Shown: one piece after another, positions 15,208 through 26,971 of the stretch
Layout of the letters: every line of letters starts with the position of its first letter
Numbering within the stretch: the first letter of the stretch is position 1
From: the human T2T-CHM13v2.0 reference genome, Homo sapiens
Length of the DNA stretch: 64,000 bases
Assembly (NCBI RefSeq): GCF_009914755.1
Contig: NC_060935.1
Direction: 5' to 3' (one strand)
Program-made: the position numbers and the translations under genes
The notes under the pieces: model-generated
Told to the model about the DNA's origin: nothing
Database searches by the model: none
Seen by the model: only the letters and a program-made list of their open reading frames with translations

Positions 15208-16748
15208 CTAAATATGCATGCAAAAAGACAATATCTACAATCATGAAAACACATGAAAGCTTAAGACTCACTGGTAGAGCAGATGCACAAATGAGAAAGA
15301 GAAAACCCTGAAACAATACCACTATAGAAAACCACCAAACTGCAATGATAATAAGAGAGGAAGAAACAAAGCATATACACAATAATCAGAAAAAATGAAC
15401 AAAATAACAGAAATAAGTCCTGACCTATCAGTAATAACCTTGAATTTAAACTGGTTAAATTCCCCACTTAAAAGATATAGACTAGCTGGATAGAAAAAAA
15501 GACCCAACTATGTTACCTACACAAAACTCACCTCACCTGCAAAGACACATATAGACTGAAAGTGAAGGGGTGGAAAAAGATACTCCATGCAAACAGAAAC
15601 CAAAAGCAAGTGGGAGTAGCTATACTCATATCAGACAAAATAGACTTTAAGTCAAAAAGTTAAAAGAGGCAAGGTCATTATACAAGGATAAAGGGGTTGA
15701 TTCAACAAAAATATATAACAATTATAAATATATTTGTACCCAACACTTGAGCACCTAGATATATAAAGCAAATATCATTAGATCTAAAGGGAGAGATAGA
15801 CTTCAATACAATAATAGTTGGGAACTTCACTACCACAGTCTCAGCATTGGACAGATCATCTAGACAGAAAATCAACAAAGAAATTGAATTTAAACTGAAC
15901 TTTAGACCAAATGAAACTAACAGACATTTACAGAACATTTCACCCAATGGCTGCAGCATACACATTCTTCCATCAGCACATGGAACATTCTCCAGATAGA
16001 CTATATATGGCCACAAAACAAGTCTCATTAAAATTTTAAAAATTAAAATCATATCAATTATCTTCTTAGAATACAACGAAATAAAACTAGAAATCAATAG
16101 CAAGAGGAACTTTGGAAACTAAACAAGTACATGGAAATTAAACAACATTCTCGTGAATGACCATTGGGTCAATGAAAAAACTAAGAAGGAAGTCAAAATA
16201 TTTCTTAAAACAAATGAATATGAAAACACAATACACCAAAACCTATGGGATACAGCAAAAGCAGGGCTAAGAGAGAAGTTTATAGCAATAAAAGCCTCCA
16301 TTAAAAAGGGAGAAAGATTTCAGATAAACAACCTAGTAATATATTTTAAAGTACTAGAAAAACAAGAAAAAGCAAACCCCAGGTTAGAAGATAAGAAATA
16401 ATAAAGATCAGAGCCAAACTAAATAAAATAGAAACTAAAAAGAAAATACAAAAGATCAATAAAATGAAATGTTGGTTTTTGGAAAAGATAAACAAAATCA
16501 ATAAACCACTAGTGAGACTAATGAGACAGAGAGAGATCAAATAAAATCATAAACAAAAAAGGATATATTACAATTGATACCACAGAAATACAAAGGATCA
16601 TCAGATACTATTGTCAACAACTATATGCTAATGAATTGGAAAACTCAGAGGAAATGAATGCATTTCTGGACATGTATAATAAACTACCAAGAGTGAACCA
16701 GGAACAAATAGAAAACTTCAACAGACTAGTAACAGGAAGTAAGACTGA

Positions 16749-17056
<308 letters not shown>

Positions 17057-17213
17057 GATTGAGTTAGTAATAGAAAGTTTCCCAACAAAGAAAATCCCAG
17101 GACTGAATGGCTTTACTGCTGAACTCTACCAAACTTATAAAGAAGAATGAATGGTAATTCTTTTCAAACCCCTCCAAAAAATTGAAGAGGAGGGAATTCT
17201 TCCTATTTCATTC

Positions 17214-17505
17214 TTTTTTTTTTGAAACAGAGTCTCGCTCTGTTGCCCACACTGGAGTACAGTGGCATGACCTCCACTCACTGCAACCTCTGCTTCTTGG
17301 GTTTGAACGATCCTCCCACCTTAGCCTCCTGAGAATCTGGGACTACAGGCATGCACCACCACACCTAGCTCATTTTCGTATTTTTTGTAGAGACTGGGTT
17401 TTTCCATGTTGTCTAGGCTGGTCTTGAACTCCTGAACTCAAGCCATCTGCCCATCTTGGCTGCCCAAAGTGTTGAGATTACAGGCGTGAGCCACTGCACC
17501 CAGCC
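17214..17505 (-). mobile_element. Alu (AluJ-type)
   Basis: Diverged dimer with TSD CTATTTCATTCT. Confidence 0.9.
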
Positions 17506-17950
17506 TTCTATTTCATTCTGAGGCCAGCACTACCCTGCTACTAAAGTGAGACAAGAACATGAAAAAAACAAAAAACCAAAAACCACTACAGGACAATATC
17601 CCTGAATAACACAAAAACAAAAATTCTCAACAAAACATTAGTGAACTGAATCCAACAATACATCAAAAAGATAATCCATGATCAAGTGTGATTTTTCCTA
17701 GGGATGCAAAAATAGTTCAACCTATACAAATCAGTAAATGTGACACATCACATCAATAGAATGAAGGACAAAAACCATGTAATTATCTCAATCAATGCAG
17801 AAAAAGCATTTGATTAAATCTAACATTGCTTCATGATAAAAACTCTGAACAAACTGGCTATAAAATGAACATACCTCAAAACAACAAAGACCATATATGA
17901 CAAACCCACAGCTAACATCCTACCGAACACGGAAAAATTGAAAGTCTTTC

Positions 17951-19641
17951 TGAGAGGTGACAGCATGCTGGCAGCCCTCGCTCGCTCTCAGTGACTCCTC
18001 AGCCTCAGTGCCCACTCTGGCCGCGCTTGAGGAGCCCTTCAGCCCACCGCTGCACTGTGTGAGCCCCTCTCTGGGCTGGCCAAGGCCGGAGCTGCCTCCC
18101 TCTGCTTGCGGGGAGGTGTGGAGGGACAGGTGCAGGTGGGAACTGGGGCTGAGCGCGGCGCTAGCGGGCCAGTGAGAGTTCCAGGTGGGTGTGGGCTTGG
18201 CGGGCCCTGCACTTGGAGCAGCCAGCCGGCCAGCGCTGCCAGCCCAGGCAGTGAGGGGCTTAGCACCTGGGCCAGCAGCTGCGGAGGGTGCGCTGGGTCC
18301 CCCAGCAGTGCCGGCCCACCGGTGCTGTGCTCGAATTCTAGCTGGGCCTCAGCTGCCTCCCCGTGGGGCAGGGCTCAGGACCTGCAGCCCGCCATGCCCA
18401 AGCCTCCCCCCAAACCCCCACCATGGGCTCCTGTGTGGCCTGAGCCTCCCCGATGAGTGCTGCCCCCTGCTCCGTGGTGCCTGATCCCATGGACTGCCCA
18501 AGGGCTGAGGAGTGTGGGTGCACAGCGCAGGACTGGTGGGCGGCTCCGCCTGCAGCCCTGTGCAGGATCCACTAGGTGAAGCCAGCTGGGCTCCTGAGTC
18601 TAGAGGGGACTTGGAGAAACTTTATGTCTAGCTAAGGGATTGTAAATACACCAATCAGCACTCTGTGTCTAGCTCAAGGTTTGTAAATGCACCAATCAGC
18701 ACTCTGTATCTAGCTAATCTGGTGGGGACTTGGAGAAACTTTATGTCTAGCTAAGGGATTGTAAATACACCAGTCGGCACTCTGTGTCTAGCTCAAGGTT
18801 TGTAAACACACCCATCAGCACCCTGTGTCTACCTCAAGGTTTGTAAATGCACCAATCAGCACGCTGTGTCTAGCTCAAGGTTTGTAAACACACCAATCAG
18901 CACTCTGTATCTAGCTAATCTGGTGGGTACTTGGAGAACCTTTGTGTCTAGCTAAAGGATTGTAAACACACCAATCAGCACCCTGTGTCTAGCTCAAGGT
19001 TTGTAAATGCACCAATCAGTGCTTTGTGTCTAGCTAATCTAGTAGGGACTTGGAGAACTTTTGTGTCTAGCTCAGGGATTGTAAACGCACCAATCAGCGC
19101 CCTGTCAAAACGGACCAATCAGCTCTCTGTAAAACAGACCAATCACCTCTCTGTAAAATGGACCAATCAGCAGGATGTGGGTGGGGCCAGATAAGGAAAT
19201 AAAAGCAGGCTGCCCGAACCAGCAGTGGCAACCCGCTTGGGTTGCCTTCTACGCAGTGGATAATTTGTTCTTTTGCTCTTTGTGATAAATCTTGCTGCTG
19301 CTCACTCTGGGTGTACACTGCCTTTATGAGCTGTAACCCTCGCTGCGAAGGTCTGCAGCTTCACTCCTGAGCCAGCAAGACCACAAACCCACCATGAGGA
19401 ATGAACAACTCCAGATGCACCGCCTTAAGAGCTGTAACACTCACCATGAAGGTCTGCAGCTTCACTCCTGAAGCCAGTGAGACCACGAGCCCACCAGAAG
19501 GAAGAAACTCCGAACACGTCCGAACATCAGAAGGAACAAACTCTGGACACACCAACTTTAAGAACTGTGACACTCACTGCGAGGGTCTGCAGCTTCATTC
19601 TTGAAGTCAGTGAGACCAAGAACCCACCAATTTTGGACACA
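17951..19641 (+). mobile_element. Solo LTR12 (ERV9; LTR12C-like) inserted in L1 ORF2
   Basis: Starts TGAGAGGTGACAGC, ends GGACACA. 4-bp TSD TTTC at 17947-17950 and 19642-19645. L1 ORF2 continues across the site. Confidence 0.96.
18601..19204 (+). promoter_or_regulatory. LTR12 U3 tandem enhancer repeats with CCAAT (NF-Y), GATA and TATA-like motifs
   Basis: Repeated TGTAAA(C/T)(A/G)CACCAATCAGC units with about ten intact CCAAT boxes. AGATAA at 19189-19194, AATAAAA at 19198-19204. Confidence 0.85.
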
Positions 19642-20305
19642 TTTCCTTTAAGAACTGGAACAAGACAAGGATGCTCACTTTCACCACTCTTACTCACATA
19701 ATACTGAAATCTAGCCAGAGTGGTCAGGCAAGAAGAAAAAAAGGCATCCATATTAACAAGAGGAAGTCAAATTGTCCCTCTTAGCATACAATGTTATTTT
19801 TTTATATAGTAAGACTTTAAGATTCTACCAAAAAAAGGGTAGAATGGATAAAGGAAGTCAGTAAAGTTGCAGGATACAATATCAACATACAAAAATCAGC
19901 AGCATTTCTATACGCTAATAATGAACTAGCTGTAAAAGGCATCAAGAAAGCAATCCCATTTATAATAGTTACAAAAATTACCCAGGAAAAAATTAACTAA
20001 GGAGATGAAAGACGCTTACAAGGAAAACTACTAAATGCAGATAAAAGAACTTGAAGAGGACACAAACAAATGGAAAGGCATCTCATGCTCATGGATCAGA
20101 AGGATATTTTTTAAAAGAACATACTCTCCAAAGCAATCAACATATTCAATACAATCCCTATCAAAATACCAATGACATTTTTTATAGTAATAGAGATAAC
20201 AATCCAAAAATTTCTATGGAATCACAAAGACCTGGAATAGCCAAAGCAATTCTGAGCAAAAAGCTGGAAGTATCACACTACCTGACTTCATATGTACTAC
20301 AAATC

Positions 20306-20455
20306 AGTCCCAGCTACTCAGGAGGCTGAGTGGAAGGATCTCTTGAGCCTAGGAGTTCGAGGCTGCAGTGAGCTATGATCACACTACTGCACTGCAGCCT
20401 GGACAACAAAATGAGACCCTATCTCAAAAAACAAAAAAGAAAAGAGAAGAAAAGA
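20306..20455 (+). mobile_element. Alu right-arm fragment (AluJ/FRAM-like)
   Basis: AGTCCCAGCTACTCAGGAGGCTGAG..GAGACCCTATCTC followed by an A-rich tail. No left arm. Confidence 0.85.
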
Positions 20456-20469
20456 ATAGTTACATTTAT

Positions 20470-23400
20470 AGAAACCATTTTATCCTGAAGGAATTTGCAA
20501 CTCTTTCAATAAAACTATGAATTCAATTTATTAATAATTATTATAGTACTATGGAAGTTATTTATTCCATCTTGAGTGTTTTGGTAGCTTATAATTTCCA
20601 AAGAATTGACTTATTTCAATGAAGTTGTTGAAATTATATGTGTAGTATTGTGTATAGAAATTATGTATTCATATTCTCTAATTATCTTTTAATTTCTGTT
20701 GGATTTGTAGTGATAGCCTGTTTATTCCTAATATTGGTAATTTGTGTCTTCTCCCTTTTTTGTCTTACTAGAAGTTTTATAGTTTTATTCATCTTTTTAA
20801 ATAACTAAGTTTCAATATTTTTGTTGGTTTATTTGATTTCTGCTCTTTATTATTTCCTTTTTTTCTGCTTGCTTTCTGTTAATTTTGCTCTTATTTTCTT
20901 GTTTCTTAGGGTAGAAAGTTTAGATTCTTGATTTGAGAACATACTCTTTCAATTATCTTAAAATTGTGAAAACTTATTTTATGACCCAGGATGTGGTTTA
21001 TCCTGGTGAATGTTTCACGTGCACTTGAAAAGAATGTGCATTTGGCTGTTGTTGGGCAGAGTATTATATAAGTGTTAATTAAATCTAGTTGGTTGATGGT
21101 TTAGTACAGTTCTTCTATATCCTTGCTGATTTTCTGTCCATTAATTCTATTGATTACTAAAAATGGCATGTGGAACTCTCCAACTATAATTGTGGATTTG
21201 TTGATTTTTTCTTTCAGTTCTGTCAGTTTTCGCTTCATGCATTTTGAACCTCTGTTGTTAAATGCATGCACATCTAAGTTTGTTGCATCTTCTTGGTGAA
21301 TTGACCCTTTTATCGTGATAATTTATCTCTGGTAATTTGCTTTGAAGTCTGCTTTGTTTGATATTAATAATCACTGTGGCTTTTTGATTAATGTTTTCAC
21401 AGTATTTTTATCATTTTTCTTTTTTTTTTGAGATGGAGTCTTGCTCTGTCACCCAGGCTGGAGTGTAGTGGCATGATCTCGGCTCAGTGCAACCTCCGTC
21501 TCCCAGGTTCAAGCGATTTTCCTGCCTCAGACTCCTGAGTAGCTGGGATTACAGGTGCCCACCACCATGACTGGCTAATTTTTGTATTTTCAGTAGAGAC
21601 GGGGTTTCACCATGTTGGCCAGGCTGGTCTCAATCTCCTGACCTCGCGATCTGCTCGCCTTGGCCTCCCAAAGTGCTGAAATTACAGGTGCGAGCCACGG
21701 TACTAGGCCATCATTTTACTTTTAACTTATGCATAGCTTTATATTTAAGATGATTTTTAAAATACAACATATAGTTGGGTCATATATTTTTATCCTGATA
21801 TCTCTTTTAGTTGATGTGTTTAAATCATTTGTATTTATTGTAATTATTGACATCTTTGTATTTAGGCCTTCTATTTTGTTATTTGCTTTTTCTTTGTTTT
21901 TCATTTTCTGTCTTCTTTTGGGTTCTTTGAACATTTTTTTCTTGTATTTAAATTATTGTGTTTTTACTATATGTCTTTTAGTCATTACTCGAGATTGGAA
22001 TAGATGTTCTCAATTTTTTGCTCAGAAATAATAAGAAATATTCACTACTTCAAGTGGAATGTAGAAAGATTATTATGTAGTTCTTTTTACCCTCCCTCCT
22101 CTGTATTGAAACCCTTTGAGACTCTTTTACTTTCAGACTCTTTTACTTTCAACAATCAAACATATTTTAAAGTACTTAAGAGAAGAATAATCTGTCATGT
22201 TTACACAATTATCATTTTTTGTTGCTCTTTTCCAGCTCCTGATGTTCCAAGAGTTCTGTCCAGTTATCATTTCCTTTGTCTGAAGAACTTCCCTGAGCAG
22301 TTGTTGCAGAGCTGATTGCTGATGAAAAATTCTCTTAGTTTTACTTCATTTGTGAATTCTTACTTTTACCTTCATTCCTAAAGGTTATTTTCACTGGACT
22401 TAGAATTCTGAGTTGACATTTGTTTTCTCTGAGCACTTTAGAATGTTCTGTCTTCTGGCTTTCATGGGTTTTGATGCAAAGTTCACAGTCACTTGAATCA
22501 TTGTTTCCGTATAAGTAATGTGTTATTTTTTTCCGGACATTCTCTTTTTTTTTCTTTTGCTTTTAATTTCAGTAGTTTGGTTATAATGTCTAGGAATGAA
22601 TTTCGTTGAATTTGTCTTGCTTGGAGTTTCCGGGGCTTCCTGAATCTGTAAGTTTATGTTTTTCTCCAAATTCGGAAAGTTTTCAGTTTTTATTTCTGTA
22701 AGCATGTTTTCTGCACTGCACTGTCTCTTCTCTTTCTCTGACTCAAATGGCACAATTAGACATTTTCATGTGGTCCCATACATCCCTGAGGCTGTATTCA
22801 TTGTTTCCAGTCTTTTTTCCTCTGTGTTGTTTAAATTGGCTATTTTAAAATGTCTGTCTTCAAGCTGATTCATTCTTTTTCTGTCATCTCCATTCTGCCA
22901 TATTGAGCCCATCCAGTGAATGTTTAAACTTTTGGTCATTGTGTTTTTTTAGTTGTCAGATTTTCATTTGGTTTTTCTTTATATATTTTATTTCTTTTCT
23001 GAGACTTCATACCTTTCATTTGTTTCAAGTATGTTCCTTCTCACTTTTGGAGCACTTTTATATTGCTGCTTTAGTCTTTCATAGATAAGGTCAACATATG
23101 TGTCATCTCAGTATTGGCTAAGATTTTCCTCATAGGCCAAGTGTCTTGACTACTTCAAATGTTATAACACTGGATCTTAATTCTATGGAGAGTTTTTTTT
23201 TTTTTTTTTTTTGCAAGCATTTGACTAGATTGGGTTCAGAACATGTTTTGACCAACCTTCTATAGATTGTGGTTTCAATGTCTGCTTGGTTTTCCAAGAC
23301 ACTGTCAGGCTATTCAAATCTGTTCTGCATGTGTGCCACCCAATGGGCAGTCTGGGACCAGAGCCACGGACTCTTTTCTGAGTTCAGTTCTCAAAGTTTA

Positions 23401-23950
23401 TGGCATACTGCGTAGGATCAGATCTATGCATGCGATGCTCAGGGATGAGTCTGGGCATTCACAAACGACTTTACCACTGTCTTGAGCTTCTCCATCATCA
23501 CCATCTCCCTTGGTATTTTTCATTGCCCTGAGGCCCACATTTTAGGTTTTCCAGCCAGAAATCTCAGGCTTTATTTGCCTCTCTCTGACACACACTTGCT
23601 GCAGCTACTGCACCTGCATCTAGGACCAATTGGTGAAAGGACAGAGAGAAAATGTAGTGGAGGTTCACCCATACTCTTGACACCCCCGCTCCTCCAATCA
23701 GAGAGAAGCTTCCCCCATGTCTATGGGCCTCCGCTGTTAATGCTGCCACTCTCAGGGGGCCCCTTCCCACTCCTCGAGGTGAAATAGAGGTTTCTTTTGG
23801 ATGCGCACCTCTGGACTTTCAACTACCTGAGTCAAGGCGTGGGGATACCAGAGTGGAAAAGGGAGGTGAATTCTGCCAGTTCAGTGGCCCTCCAAATTTT
23901 GTTCTTCTCCAATCTGGCTGCCACTATTTGCTTTTCGGCTCCACATAGCT
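20470..23950 (-). mobile_element. Ancient, highly diverged LINE-1 (ORF2 5' part, ORF1, probable 5' region)
   Basis: ORF1-like ENFPNLEKNINLQIQEA (22523-22753), ORF2 N-terminus-like SIITINTNDLN..DPTICC (21722-21934), strong T skew. Confidence 0.78.
21412..21709 (-). mobile_element. Alu (AluS-type)
   Basis: Dimeric Alu reverse complement flanked by ATCATTTT. Confidence 0.92.
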
Positions 23951-25249
23951 GCTCTATGCAGCCTGTGCAGGTTCTCTAACTGCTCCACTTACTTGGATAT
24001 TTTACTTATTTAAAGAAGAGTTCCAGTTAATGAAGGAATAATAGACTAAGAAGTCAGCATTTTTTTATTTAACGTCACCAAATCTTATCACTAGAAGTAG
24101 AATAATCAAACACTATGTGTCCCCCATTAGATGTAATAGAAAGTACCTATGAGTTAGTCTTGCTTAAAACAATTGAACCTGAATTTAATTAAGCCTTTAG
24201 TGCTACATGCCAGCTTCTAGGAATTATGAGGCCTGAGAACAAGTAAAGTGACACCATGAAGAACTAGCCGCTAAATCCAGGTTGTGAGATATCCTGGAGT
24301 ACAAATAACCTTTTTCTTTAATAAATAAATAGCATTAAAAAGAAGGGAAAACTATTATAGAATGGAGAGACTTCAGAAACACAACACATAAAGGGGGGAT
24401 AAGTAATAGTACTCACGAGATTCTTAAGATTCAATTAGAAGAGCAATGTGAAGTGCTTTTCACAGTGCCTGGCAAATGGTCAATGGAAATGATTACTACC
24501 TTGTGCCACCTCTCAGAGTCTCAGTCTCCTTTTGTTTGTAACACACTAGGAGATGACAGCCTCCCCCTGTCTTAACAGTTAAGGAATTCAGCCACCTTAG
24601 TCCTCCATCCCTCTGCACCTGGTCAAGAAGGTGGCCTTGGCAGTATCTGCTGCAGTGTGCACAGTTGGCCGGTAGATGGCAGCTCAGGCCAGTTTATCTG
24701 GAGCCTTGGACCCAGGAAGAGCTAGTTTCGTTTTTGCTGCAAGAGGCTAGGTCCTGCTTGACCACCCATCAGACAGTATTCACCTTCTCTTCCTAGGTAG
24801 GAGGGATAAAGCTAAAGGAAGAGAATCGGTGGAGCTTTTTAGATATAATAAGGGCTAGCAGTTTGCTGAGAATTCCTTATCTGCTGGGCAGAGAGGTATT
24901 CTTCAGACCCCATTAGACCAGGGCTTGGGCACTGCCTGGCCAGCTGTCCCCAAACTCTGTTTCTCATCCCGTGAGTCCCAGTGCCTGCTGCCTCATCCTG
25001 AATCACTGGTGTGCAGGTACAACCTGGCTTAGCTTCTCTTCCCACCAGACTGAGGGAATTAACACCTACACACTCATCCACACCTGGTGTAAGATGTCCT
25101 TGAGGGAAAGTTTGCAGAATGAGTAAATAAGTGAATGCCTTATGGATCTTCAGTTATATATCTCTCTTCCTAAGTAGACCAGTAAATTCCAGGACAGGGT
25201 GTACACATTTTCTTTTTGTCTCAGCCTAGGAGGGAGTCTGGGTAGTGAT

Positions 25250-25470
25250 GAATCGTGCAAGCCTGGAACTAGGTTGCTCAGCTTCAACTCCCAGTTCCAT
25301 CTGCTTGCTACCTCACATGCCCTTGGCAAGTGCCTGCCTCTCCGCCTGAAAATTGGATACTAACAGTACCTCTCTTGTTGTACTGTGGTGAGTAATAAAT
25401 GAGCAAATGCATTCAAAGTGCCTAGGAAACTGCTTGACACATTGTAGGCACCCAGTACATGTTAATTGCC
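25250..25470 (+). mobile_element. MIR-like SINE relic, representative of many such relics from 24 to 64 kb
   Basis: CCCTTGGCAAGTG..CTGAAAATTGGATACTAACAGTACCT..AAAGTGCCTAG resembles the MIR core. Similar relics lie near 27130, 38500, 40200, 43300, 44900, 45950, 51740, 52830, 55050 and 63470. Confidence 0.6.
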
Positions 25471-26064
25471 ATCTGAAGCTTTCCTTGCAGTGGGAAAGAT
25501 TTAATGAACTTACAAAAATGCATTCAAGGAAGAAGTGTAAAAGGCCTAGTGTGGTTGTCTGGTAGAGGGAATGGCTCTCAAGAAATAGCTCCTTCTCCTC
25601 CTCCTTGTTCTGCTTGTTATTGCTGTTAGCATCATTGATTGTTTAAAGATGCCTAAGGTAAATCTCTCCAAGCCCCATGAGTCGTGAGTGCTGTTTTGTC
25701 CACCTTTTTCCAACCTCAGGCACAGCAGCAGCCTCTGTAGTTGTCTGTATGGTGCTGGGGGCACCACATTCAGAACTGAAGGATCCTCTTCACATTGGCC
25801 CAGGGAGCAGAGGGAAGGTAGGGACTGCTAGAGCTAATTTTCCTGCTTTTCCTTTCTGGTGTGAGAGTGTGAGGTGCTTTTAGGGCATCATCTGAGAGTC
25901 ATTGCTGAACCTTGGGACTGTTGTACAGGTCGAAAGGGTTCTCCTATGGAGGTCGTCTGAACTCTAGGAAGTACAGGAGCAGGACAAGGGATGAGCATGA
26001 TCTTACCTGATCTCACCCATGTTTTTCTGCCTATCAATTTGGAGGAATGGGAAAGTGTGACAGG

Positions 26065-26083
26065 TGGCCACTAGGTGGCGTTA
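26065..26083 (+). promoter_or_regulatory. Candidate CTCF binding site
   Basis: TGGCCACTAGGTGGCGTTA closely matches the CTCF core (CCAC/GYAGRKGGCR) in non-repeat sequence. Confidence 0.65.
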
Positions 26084-26803
26084 TCAATGTGAAGAAATCA
26101 GGGGTGTGTTAATACATCACCTGTCCTGTACAGTAGAGTGGAAGAGCAGATAAACGCCTAGCTGGAGAAAATAAAGCTTCTCATATAAATGCTTCCCAGC
26201 CATCTGGCAAGATTTTGGGTGGAAATGGAGACTAACCCAGGAGAATGTGCATGGTGTGTGCATGAATGTTTAAGAAAACCAGAGGAGGAGGAGGAAAAGT
26301 CAAGTCTACCTGATTGGCCTCTGCCCACCTGTTCAGCCCTAACTCTTAAGGCCCCTCCCCTGGCTCCCCCACGATATGCCAAGCCACCCGCAGGACACAT
26401 TGGTACCTTAACTCTACGACACCCTCCACCTGGAATGCTCTTCTTCATTTCTTTCTTTGAACAGTTAAGGGGTTGCCTTCCTCTAGAAGCCTCTCCTGAT
26501 TTATCCTCCCCTAGGCAGAACAGGTTTGTAGTTTCTTTGTGCCCCACAGTCTTTACCTGTGCTCCAAGTCTTTGCCACTTAATGGACTTAGATGTTTACC
26601 ACTGAGTGGGGGTTTCCTGGCTTGGAGCTGGTGGGAAGGTCTCGGCTGGTTCTATCCAGTCCTGACCCAACATGTATGGAAGGGCTTTCCTGCCCACAGC
26701 TTCCCCACCCATTTGGGGGGCTCCAGGGCTCATCCTCTGCCTCAGGTTCTTGAGAATGTCCTAGAATGCTGAAAGTTTGTTCACACTGGGTAAGCAGTGT
26801 GGA

Positions 26804-26971
26804 CAGGGCTGCCTCCATAACTTGCACAGCCCAGTACAAAGTGAAAACACAGGACCTTGTTCAAAAATTAAGTGTTTCAAGATGGCAACAGCAGAGCATT
26901 AAACCAAGAGTGGGCCCTAAGTGCAGGACCCTGTGTGACTACACAGGTCGCACGCCTTTGGAGCCAGCCCT
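26804..26971 (-). mobile_element. MER45A-like hAT-Tip100 MITE
   Basis: CAGGGCTG..CCAGCCCT termini, internal CAAGATGGCAACAGCAGAGCATTAAACCAAG, degenerate 8-bp TSD (AGTGTGGA/AATTTGGA). Confidence 0.75.

Noticed and set aside
18601-19170. CRISPR-like regularly spaced repeats
   Set aside because: These are the tandem U3 repeats of LTR12. There are no unique spacers and no cas genes, and the DNA is human.
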